Shown here piece after piece: positions 54,482 through 64,000 of a stretch of DNA of 64,000 bases (its first letter is position 1; the number at the start of each line of letters is the position of its first letter). A program made the translations under genes and the position numbers. Location: the NCBI GenBank assembly GCA_013239625.1, contig MU053881.1, positions 9,385,957-9,449,956 on the forward strand. The letters run 5' to 3'. The stretch is from Lama guanicoe (lineage: Eukaryota). Under the pieces are notes generated by a model that saw only the letters and a program-made list of their open reading frames with translations, ran no database searches and was not told the DNA's origin.

Positions 54482-54915
54482 GCTACTACAGACTAAATGT
54501 TTGTCACTCTCCAAATAAAATTTATAGGTGGGGCTTTGGGGAGGTAAAGAAGTTGCAAGTGTGGAGCCCTCATGAATGGGTTTAGTGTCCTTATAAAAGA
54601 GGCCCTGGGGTGGGGGGTGGAGGGTATGGTGCGTGCATGCACAAGGTCATGGGTTCAATCCCCAGTACCTCCATTTAAAAAAAATTACAAAATAAAAAAT
54701 GCAAGTCACCCCTGAGAGCTGCCTTGCCTTCTTCAGCTACATGAGGACACAGGAAAAGATGATTCAGGAAGAGAGCTCTCATGAGACACCAGATCTGCTA
54801 GGGCCTTGATCTTAGCCTTCTCAGCTTCCAGAACTGGGCAAGATGCATTTCTGTGTCTACAAGCCACTGGTTTATGGCATTTTGTTACAGCAGCCTGAAA
54901 GGATGAAGCTAACAG
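54482..54915 (+). mobile_element. MaLR solo LTR (MLT1A-like), split by a SINE
   Basis: GGAGCCCTCATGAATGGGTTTAGTGTCCTTATAAAAGAGGCCC [SINE] GAGAGCTGCCTTGCC...CCTTGATCTTAGCCTTCTCAGCTTCCAGAACT...TTTGTTACAGCAGCC. Confidence 0.85.
54607..54700 (+). mobile_element. Short, internally deleted Vic-1-type SINE nested in an MLT1A-like LTR
   Basis: GGAGGGTAT...GCATGCACAAGGTCATGGGTTCAATCCCCAGTACCTCCA plus A-rich tail. The A-box region is missing. Confidence 0.8.
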
Positions 54916-55998
54916 ATCTCCCGAGGAAGGAAATCAGTTGCAACATTTCCTGACAGGGACATAGAACACGAACTAAAAGAGTCAGGGTTATAAACACATC
55001 GTGCTGCAACCCACAGGCAGGGCCTTGACCCTCGGCACTGGCAGAGGGGCCCTTCCTGGTGCCATTCACTGTATTTCTGTGCGTGCACTTGTCATTCTGC
55101 TGCACTGTCATGTGAGTCACACACGTGGCAAAGCCAGCACACAGAGCACAGGATGCAGAGCCAGGGAGTCCACTTAGCCACACCTCTCAGCACTGTTCCT
55201 GGTTTATCTACATGTCCACATACTTACAGCAACTCATGACAAGTGATAACAAAATCCCTCATGGATATTGAATAGGAAGAGAATGTCAACTGTTAAGTGC
55301 TTGGGAAGAAAATATTCTCCTCCCCGAAGAAATCAAAATATGCCAGGATAAGTTTGGGTGAAAGTAGGACGGGGGGAGGATTGTATCAGTGGAATTGAGT
55401 AATAATGTGTTCACCTGTGCTCTGACACATTTTTAAAAAATGTGCAAGTCAGAATTAACACCACATTTTTTGGAGGGGGGGACAAATTGTATATTATTAT
55501 ATGGGGCGAGGGAGGGAATACATTTTCATCATCATACCATTTTTTTCAAGAGAATATAATTGAGAAGCCCAACGGGAGAAGCAGGAGAAATTAGAACTCT
55601 TGGAGGTTCGTGTGTGTGCGTCAAAGAGAAGAGTTTAAAAACCACAGGTAAGCCTGCGTCCCTCAGGATGGGGGTCCGCGATGCTCTCAGGAACACCTCT
55701 CAGGGAACCAACAGTCTGCCGTCTGTTATGCCTGCAAAACCTACCACACTGGGTCTCCGAAGGCAGCCACCAAGCCATGAAAGAATTCAGTGTCCAAGAC
55801 AAAACAGGCCCTTCTACGATACCCATAGGAGTTCGATACGAGTTGATGAAAAGCTTGTTCTCTTAAACTAAAACTTGAACAGGGAGTTGACACCGGCACA
55901 CTTTGCTCGCAGTTTCCACCAACCTCAGCCACCGGCTTACCAAGGGTGCAAAAACAGGAGAGCACTCAGACCAAGTCAGCGGGGTCAGCTCTACCTAC

Positions 55999-56224
55999 CT
56001 TGTCTTGGGAACTCATCCGACTCCCGGTGCACGAGGTCCGTGACTCGGTTTCCGTAGTGCATCCGGCTGTCGTGGTCATAGGCCTTCAGCGTCTCGCTGG
56101 AGCTGTAGGACTTCTGCGTGGGCACGCGGCAGTCCTCGCTGTCCAGGGAGGAGCTTGTGTAGCGACACTCTTTGCCACACCGGCCCCGGGTCAGAGAGCG
56201 GTGGCGCCGGTCCTTGACGTCCAT
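55999..56224 (-). CDS. TENM2: Teneurin-2, first coding exon (N-terminal intracellular domain, codons 1-75 plus 1 nt)
   Basis: Translation [75 protein letters not shown](G) is the recognisable N-terminus of vertebrate teneurin-2. Strong Kozak context (aaATCATGG, A at -3, G at +4) and an in-frame upstream TGA at 56257-56255. The exon ends at CAAG|GTAGGT (GT at 55998-55997). The ORF-track tail R-stop is read-through into the intron. Confidence 0.97.
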
Positions 56225-56298
56225 GATTTCAGACCTGGCGGAAGGTTGGTGCGTTCAGGAAAGTCAGGCCCGACTTTGGACACTTGTCACTTTCCCAC
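56225..56298 (-). other. TENM2: 5' UTR part of the TENM2 ATG exon, preceded by a candidate splice acceptor
   Basis: Minus strand reads ...ttgttttgttttttttttttccctcgtgatgcttttAG|GTGGGAAAG (AG at 56300-56299): a long pyrimidine tract plus TAG. This gives a 300-nt exon (56298-55999) with no upstream ATG in the 74-nt UTR. Confidence 0.65.
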
Positions 56299-56368
56299 CT
56301 AAAAGCATCACGAGGGAAAAAAAAAAACAAAACAAGGCTGTGATGATAAGAAATGCTGCCTTCAGTTC

Positions 56369-56387
56369 TGACTCACACAGTGACTCA
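56369..56387. promoter_or_regulatory. Tandem AP-1 consensus sites upstream of the TENM2 ATG exon
   Basis: TGACTCA at 56369-56375 and 56381-56387. Function is inferred only. Confidence 0.4.
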
Positions 56388-58049
56388 GATAAAAACACAA
56401 AAGAGCGAAGCTGTTCCGCGCTGCGTCGTCTCTTCGGCAAACGCTTACTGTATACTTAAACAATCAGCCTACGTAGAAGGACTCGATACAGTAAATTAAT
56501 TCTCTTGCTGTTTAATTTAATAGATTTGGGGCAAGAAAAGCAATAGCAAAATAACTCATCCTTTGATTTTCTATATATGCGAAGATGACATGATAAGTCT
56601 GTCACTCTAATGTGAGATCTTACCATGGGAGCGGTTCAAAGCACAAATGATTTTATCTGGCTTTAATTACATTCTCTTTTTGCTAGAGGAGGGCTGGGGA
56701 AAAACAAATATGAAAATTACATAAATAAAAATAAAAGAAAGGTGTAGGAGGCATAAATATTTGCTCCTGGCACTTTGTAATTGTACCAAGTGACATTTGA
56801 CTAACATAAAACTGCCTGGCTGTGTCTGGAGATTAGTAATGCAAGGCATTCTGGACATGCAGACCATCTTCCACTGATTTCTTTCATAAGCCTTCAGCAA
56901 ACTCTTCATCAGTTTCCCCTTCTTAAGCAGACCTTGTCTTGGACGCATCTGGTCGCTTCTTTTTCCCTAGTCACCTGCCGACAGGAGATCTTGCTGAAAA
57001 GAGGGCTGACTGGCACAATCACAGGACCAACAACCTAAGCCCGCCCATACTGCTGGGATGCCCCCCACCCACCACGGAAAGTAAAACGGGGAGAGAGCCC
57101 TGGATGCAACAGGTAAGACGGCGGAATGAAACCTCTCCAACATATGATCTGGCAACCAGGGAACCCCACAGTCTGTTGCTTGCCACCCTGGGCCTGCAAG
57201 CACATGCCAAACATCACTCAGAAAACACTAGCCTTCTGCCTAGCAAATGTGACCAAAAAGCTTAGATGCCTCCAAGTTCCAAATGACAGGCCCTCACTGA
57301 TTTCACTGGCCGTGCAACATAGCCTGGCCCATAGGGCCAGGGCCTGCACGGAATGGAAAAAGACAATTTTTAATTAAAATGACAAACACAACCCAGAGCC
57401 AGCACACTGGGTTTTCTCCAGGGCACTGCTGCTCACTGCCTCCTTAATACGTCAGGAAATACTTGGGGAGCGGATCTGTACCTCTGAACCCCTCTGCTCT
57501 TCTTCGGTTATTTACCATGCTTCAGTGGGATGCTGTCATCCACAAAGGACTAGCCTGGAGGTGCAGTAATGTGGACGGCACCTGTTCCAAGACAGCAGAA
57601 GCCAAGTCACCCCTTCCCTGTCTCCTCATACCAAGAGGTCCTGCTGGGTCTCATGAACCTTCCTAACTAAGACAACTTGTATACCTGATCAAATGCTGCC
57701 TGTAACTGTGGACAATTCTGTTTGACCATGGGCAATGAAGAAGAGGGTGCGTCTGCTGTGAACAACCACCACAGTTGTGCTGTTGCCACAGTCACTTATG
57801 AAAAATCAAATTCTCAGCTTCCCTGAGCCTACGGGAAGTTCTTGACTCAGGAAGTTGAGAAGCATCTTTGAGAGGCATGTCAAGACCCCTGGGCCAGCTT
57901 GGCGGACACAGTCAGTGCTGGCCTGGAATTTTTTGTGGCTGCGTACATAGTCAATTCAAGTGTCTTAACATTAATGCCGTTTCTAGATGTCAAACATCTC
58001 CTCCCTTAATTTCCAACATGTGATCTCAACATTCTGGGATCCACATTAC

Positions 58050-58290
58050 CGGCTGGTTAAGAACATGGCCACTGGAGTCTCGCTGGATGCCAATCCTGTC
58101 ACAGCCACTGACTAGCCAGAGCTCTTGTAAAATTCCTCCTGGCCTTCAAACTCAGTTTCTCAACCAGTGAAGATGGAAAATAATATTATGTATGTCATAG
58201 GGTTTTTATAAAAATTAAGACAGATAATGTGATAAAACTCCCCAAATGCTGCCTAAACACACAGTAGGGGCTCTATCAGAAATAGTTAAC
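58050..58290 (+). mobile_element. MIR SINE
   Basis: TGGTTAAGAACATGG...CTGGAGTC...CTCAGTTTCTC...GTGAAGATGGAAAATAAT...CACACAGTAGGGGCTC. Confidence 0.7.
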
Positions 58291-59149
58291 TTTCTTTTAT
58301 TTTTTTCTTCTCTGAATGATTAAAAACAATGATTTTTTTCCTCAGTGAAGTAGTTCCAGATTTGCATGAGACAGAGGGTGAAGATGATACTGTAAATCTC
58401 TGAAACTCAAACTTCTAATTATAAATATCAATACTTGAACTACTCGCCAATAAAGGAAGACCTTCAGCGCCTATTACTAAGGGTGTTTAGGAATGTACAT
58501 ACCAACACTGAAGATTCACAAGTGTTTTTTCTGGGGAAATTGCTGTTTTTGAATGGGTTTTATAATTCTCCTCTCTTCTGCTTCACCGTGAGTTTTTACT
58601 TTTTAATGTTTTCAGTGTTCCTAATTCATGAAATCCTATCTCCTCTAATTCACATCATGCTTTGGGAAACGGGCTGACTTTACGTGTGTGTGCATATGAT
58701 TTTATTTTAGACAAATTTTTAAAAACCATGCTCTAAGTGGGAGCCTAAAGGCTTATTACCTATTTATGAAGTACAAGAAATTTAGTGTTTGGACATTTTG
58801 ACGTCTAATTTCGTTGCCTAGTTATCTTTTCCTGCTAAATTCCTCTTTCCTGGCTATGCCCCTCATAGTTAGGTTTGTCAGCAATGTCACCTCCAGATAA
58901 ATGATAGACATTTATATAAAATGAGGTAAGAAGCTGACAAATCTTAGCCAGAGAAAGCTAATTTCTCAGGAAACTGAGCAGAATACATAGAGTGTTGGCC
59001 TGTAGACATTTTATATTTAGCCTGTCTGTTATTTAAAAATTAATTTTCTATATTAAAAAAGACAAAACAGGAGATTTTTTATATTAAAATCTGGGTCTCC
59101 AGCTTATAAAAAATTGGGCAATCTGGAAATGTCCACTTTCAAAAAGATG

Positions 59150-61200
59150 GAATAAGTGTACTTTTGTCTAGTTCTCCTGCTAGGTACAGCAAAAGTTGCT
59201 GTACATTATATATAAAACAACCATAGGAGGAATCTGAAAGGTGGAAATGAGATGCAGACTAACTAGCACTCTCAGGGAACAACACTCTGGTGAGTTTCTG
59301 AAACCTCTTTTTGCCCTGTATTTCTCAGACTCGGAGCTAAAGACACTGGGAACCCAGAAACAGCAACAGACACAGGTAACAAAGCTCCAACAAAAGCCTG
59401 CTTCCTCCAGTCAAAGGACTATGAAAGGAGCAGCCTGACAAGAGAGAAAACTTTTAGACAGTAACCATCTCACTCCAGCCAAACAACACAGAAAATGTGG
59501 TAGCCCCACTCTCACCTTCACCAGCAAAAGCCAAGTGTGGGGCTTAGATTTTCCATGCTGCTGGGGAAGCAATAAGACACCCTGACCCCAAACAGTGGTT
59601 TCAGAAATGGCTACGATGGGAACCAGAACTTTTATGACTTTTAGGGAGTAGGAGGCAACCCTCGCCCCCCAAACACAGTAGGTCAGTAGGTGGTAACGAG
59701 GTGCCCGTCTCCTCTGCTGCGGTGGTACAGGAGGGTCAGGGCTTCCATCATCTCCCAGTGGTAATGAGTCCTTCTGCCCCTTGGTGGTGGATGTTGGTGA
59801 CAGTAGATGTCATGTGAGAAGGAAGAACGAGGCACTCCTATCCCTACCACCGAGGGAGGTATCAGTGGCGGTCTAGTGGGGCACAAAAACTCCCACCTCT
59901 TCCCCTCTTCCAGACCCTAACAAGGAACTCTCCGCCCTTGGGTGCTGGCAAAGTCTGAATGGGGAACCTGAACTATGGCAACCAGCAGTAATGAGGTGGG
60001 ATCCTTCATGTAGTGTCAGGGGAAACCAGCTAAAACACAAGGTTTAAGTAAGATATAGACTCTCGGGGAGGGTACACTTCAGTGGTGGAGCACGTGCCTA
60101 GCATGCACAAGGTCCTGGGTTCAATCCCCACTACCTCTACTGAAATAAATAAATAAACTCAATTACCTCCTGCCAAAACAAAACAAAATAAAAAACACAA
60201 ACAAAACCTCAGAAAAAAGATATAAAATCTCGTAACATAATACTCCAAATGTCCAGATTTCAGTAAAAACAACAACCTGGCACATCAAGAACTAGAAAGA
60301 TCTCAAACTGAATGAAGAAAGTTTAATCAACAGATACCAACACTGAGATGACATGATGTTAGAATTATTTGACAGAGATTTTAAAACAGCCACCATAAAA
60401 TGCTTTAATAGCAATTATGGACACATTTTAAACAAATGAAAAAAATAGAAAAAGTATCAGAAAACAAACAGATGATACAAAGTAGACTCCACTGGAAATT
60501 TTAGAAGTGAACATTAAAATAACCAAATTAAAAAAAAACACTTAATAGATGGGCTCAAGAGAAGAATGGATGGATAGAAGAAAAAATGAGGGAACTTGAA
60601 AACTGAACAATGGAAATTACCCGATATATACAATGGATTATGAAATAGACTAACGAAGAAAAATGAGCAGGGCCTCAAGCACCTGCAGAATAACAGCAGA
60701 AGACTTGATGTTGTCAGAGTCACAGAGGAAAAGAAAAAGAAAGAGGGGCTGAGGAAGTGCTGAAACAGCATCTGGATATATCCAAATTTGCAACAGATGT
60801 AAAGCTACACATTCAAGAAGCAGAACAAGTGCCACAGAGAACAAATCCAAATCCATCCATTTAAAGACATACCATAGTTAAGCTTCTGAAAACTCAAGAC
60901 AAGGACAATCTTGAAAGCGCTGAAAGACAGATGACACCTCACCTACAGAGGAAAGAAATCTGAATGAAAGTAGATTTCTCATCAGAAACCATGGAGGCTG
61001 GAAAGAAATGACACCACATTTTTCAAATGCTGAGAGAAAAGACGTTTCAACACAGAAAACTACTATATCCAGTGAAAATATCCTTCTAGAATGAGGGAGA
61101 AAACACGATATTCTCAGATAAAGGAAAAACTAAGAGAATTTATCACCAGCAGACTTATTCTAAAAGAACTGGTAAAGAGCTGGTTCTCTAAAACACAAAG
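59150..61200 (+). mobile_element. Old L1 (L1M type): 5' UTR region and decayed ORF1, interrupted by a SINE
   Basis: 60500-61170 encodes frameshifted, stop-interrupted ORF1p-like motifs (...IVKLLKT..., ...LTYRG..., DFSSETMEA, LYPVKISF). Strongly A-rich + strand. The 5' boundary is approximate. Confidence 0.8.
60066..60216 (+). mobile_element. tRNA-derived SINE, Vic-1 type, nested in an old L1
   Basis: Head GGGAGGGTACACTTCAGTGGTGGAGCACGTGCCTAGCATGCACAAGGTCCTGGGTTCAATCCCC and tail AATTACCTCC. TSD AAGATATAGACTCTCG (60050-60065) vs AAGATATAAAATCTCG (60217-60232), 2 mismatches. Confidence 0.88.
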
Positions 61201-61259
61201 TAAATTCTTCTTCTATTTTCTGGGAGAAATTTTGTAGAATTGGTGTTCATTCTTCTTTA

Positions 61260-62158
61260 AACATTTCACCAAAGAGAAAATACCCATGGCAAAAAAATAC
61301 ATAAAGAGGTGGTCGACATCATGAGTCATTAGAGAAATGCCGATTAAAGTCACAATGAGATATTACTACAGACTTGATAGAATGACTAAAAATTTTTTAA
61401 AAGGTGACAACAGTCAGTACTGATGAGGAAATGGAAAACCTAGATCCTTCGTACGTTGCTGGCCTAGGTGTAAGATGACACAGCCTCTGTGGGAAATAGC
61501 TGAGTGTCTTTTAAAACCACTACATGTACAACTCCCGTACAACCCAGTGATCGCCCCGCTGGGTGCTTACTCCAGAGAAATGAAAACTCGTATGCACACA
61601 AAAACCTGTGCATGAATGTTTATAGCAGAATGTCTATTTTAATAGCCCCCCAAATGGAAACAACCCAGATGTCCTTCAGGGGGTGACTGGTTAAACAAAA
61701 CTCTGCTGCTCCCATGACAGGAAATACTGCCCTGTAATAAAAAATAAATAAACAAACTATTGATATTAACAAAAATCAGGGTGAATCTCCAGGGAGTAAT
61801 GCTGTGAAAACAGCCAGTTCCAAAGGCTACATACAGTGTGCTCTGTTTATGTAATACTCTTGAAACGCCAAAATTACAGAAATGAGAACTGACGAATGGG
61901 TGCCAGAGGTAAGGAGGGTGTGAAGGTGTGAGGGAAATGAGAAAGGCTGTCAACAGAAGGAATCTGCAGTGATGGGGCTGTTCTGCATCTTGGCTGTATC
62001 AGCCTCAGAATCCTGGTTGTGATGTCAGACTGCAGTTTTGCAAGATGTTGCTACTGGTGGCAGTTGACTAAAGGTCACGAGAGATGTCTCTGTATTACTT
62101 CTTGAAATTGTACATGATTCTACAATCATGTCAAAATAAAGAGCTTCATTTAAAAAAA
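61260..62158 (+). mobile_element. Old L1 ORF2 C-terminus and 3' UTR (L1MC/MD-like)
   Basis: ACATTTCACCAAAGAG...ATGGC...AGAGAAATGCCGATTAAAGTCACAATGAGATATTAC matches the ORF2p C-terminal HFTKEDIQMA...REMQIKTTMRYH motif in decayed form. Typical 3' UTR motifs (TGGAAACAACCCAGATGTCCTTCA) end in AATAAA and an A run. Confidence 0.85.
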
Positions 62159-63041
62159 TGTATCAGACAGTGCAGCAAATTTGGGCTGATACACCATCAT
62201 GAAAATCATTGCCTAATTTGGAAGGTCACTCACAATTTTAAACTGGGTACCCGTGTTCCACACTATTATTATCATTAATAGTAGCATTGGTAGTTGTTGT
62301 TTTGGTTTTATGGACATTTCTTTAGGTTGTATAGACAGTCCACTTCCCTTATTTGAAATCCTTGCTTGGCCATTATATTTGTGGATTTTGGAACAAAGGA
62401 AAAAGAGAACCACTTTCATGGCCCCTGTAAAGAATCACAAAGAGCCAGGTATAATATAAGCAGCAGCATCTGCCAACATATTTTTCTTCTTAAGACAATT
62501 CTAAAATAATAAGATATTGCTCTTAATTTGAATATCCATCCTCTATCTAACAAAATGCATTTACTACCTACTGCCGACAAGCACTCTTTTGCCTGGCTGT
62601 CCTTGAAAGTGAAGGTCAACATTTCATGTGGGGAAATGCAAGTTTAGAGACTGATTTTAAAAAGTAATTAAAATTGCCTTGAAGCAATAGGAAAGATGGT
62701 AACCAAAATTATAAATCTTTTCCCCAAGCCTCTGCCTTTTCCGGCACTGGAACATGGCAATCATTGGACGGCAATGCCTCTGCCAGCTCGTGACTGCTAT
62801 GCTGAGGTTTTCTCCTGTTACATTCCACGCTTCCTCCCTAGAAGAGTGTTCACACTGTTTTTTTTCATCAGTTGCCTAAGTGGGTTCCATCACTTTAGCA
62901 GAACAGACGACAGAGATCTTGCCTGCAAGCCTTTGTCTAATTAACTAATCCTATGAGCTGTAACACTGCTCACTATTAACTTTTCAGATTATCCTGCTAC
63001 TTAAGGGGGTTGACTTGTTAATCACTGACAGCCAATTTGAG

Positions 63042-63075
63042 GTGTGTGTGAGTGTGTGTGTGTGTGTGTGTGTGT
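63042..63075 (+). repeat. Interrupted (GT)n microsatellite
   Basis: Read directly; one GA interruption. Confidence 0.95.
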
Positions 63076-64000
63076 ATGTAAATATATACATGAATGAGGG
63101 ATAGGTAGATTTCAGATGCATCCAATGGGGAGCTACATTTTCCCTGTCACAACTACCACCACAGACCATCATTTAAAATTGCCTTATCCTCATCACTGGT
63201 CTTTGGCTACACCCTGGGCATCACTGTCCTTGAATATTTGTATCTTACTAACTGACTGCAGACCCCTGAGAGGTGTGGTAACAGGAAAACCAGCCGTTTT
63301 CAAACATCCATATGATTTGGGACTCTTATCAATTCTGAATATTGATCCATGTGACCACCTTTCTCCCCCATTTCAAATTGCTATAAATCATTGAAGAAAT
63401 CTGTCTACAAGGGAGGGGAAAGAGTCAGTACATGGGAGCAAATATTCTTGTTTCCTCATTTGAGCAGGTGTCACAGATATTTTAGAAATCCAATAATATG
63501 TTTCATTATAGGAGTGTGTTTTCAGTTTAAATAGGTATTTAAAAAAAAGCTCAATATGAAAGCTTCTGTGAAATATCTTTCTTCCTTCTGATAACATGTT
63601 AATTGGATTGCCTACTTGTTTCTTAAATATTGCAGGAATGTCATGTTTCTATGTTTAAAAAGATGTAATGGATAACACATGGCCCCTTTATCCCTAACTC
63701 CTCTGTCAATTGTGCCTACTACCATAAGCAGAAATGCTAAGTCAACCTAAAAACAGTGCATTCACAGATTCCCTGCCTGTGTATTAGAACTCCTCTCTGC
63801 AAATGGTTTATTTTAAAAGCTTATTTAAAGCACCAAACACAACGTAATACAGACGCCCACACGTAAAAGAGAGAAGAGGAGGGCATTGGAAGCCTCCCTC
63901 ACCTGCCCCTCCCAACCCCCAGAGAGGGCTTTAGAGGACACCGTGCGAACACCAGACTGTGCCCTGGAAGACTTCCAGTCCCTCCTCTGCGGAACATTTA

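Larger units (their letters stand above)
1..55998 (-). other. TENM2: TENM2 intron downstream of the first coding exon (continues beyond the window)
   Basis: Starts at the GTAGGT donor. No further teneurin-like peptide is visible in the ORF track. The sequence is repeat-rich, as expected for the very long introns of teneurin genes. Confidence 0.85.

Noticed and set aside
55946..56302. 118-aa plus-strand ORF overlapping the TENM2 exon
   Set aside because: Antisense shadow of a GC-rich coding exon, with no recognisable protein.
55560..56480. CpG island
   Set aside because: CpG enrichment is mostly confined to the exon and short flanks; I could not compute the observed/expected ratio, so I did not call it.
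60514..60856. Hydrophobic F/L/S-rich minus-strand ORFs
   Set aside because: Antisense reading of A-rich L1 ORF1 remnants.
1..64000. CRISPR array, operon, prophage or other novel multi-gene system
   Set aside because: The sequence is mammalian intronic DNA, with no regularly spaced repeats, no long ORFs and no intact retroviral or transposase genes.

Overview
This is mammalian, intron-dominated genomic DNA, not prokaryotic. The only supportable protein-coding feature is the first coding exon of teneurin-2 (TENM2/ODZ2) on the minus strand: CDS 56224->55999, 226 nt, ending at a phase-1 GT donor. Positions 1-55998 belong to the very large intron that follows, and 56299-64000 is upstream sequence (upstream intron or promoter). 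The rest is a typical eutherian repeat landscape of MIR, L2, old L1M, MLT1 and MER5. It also carries younger insertions with readable target-site duplications: four tRNA-Ala-derived SINEs of the camelid Vic-1 type (suggesting alpaca/llama/camel), three short L1 3' ends and a 630-bp MER41-like ERV1 solo LTR. I found no new multi-gene system. The best leads are an AG|GT recursive-splice-type acceptor on the ATG-bearing exon, a candidate poison exon with a G-quadruplex, a POU/MORE motif cluster, a rearranged L1 with an inverted ORF2 fragment, and a GAS-like motif in the solo LTR. Repeat subfamily names and old-repeat boundaries are recognised by eye and are approximate. All other ORFs in the track look spurious.
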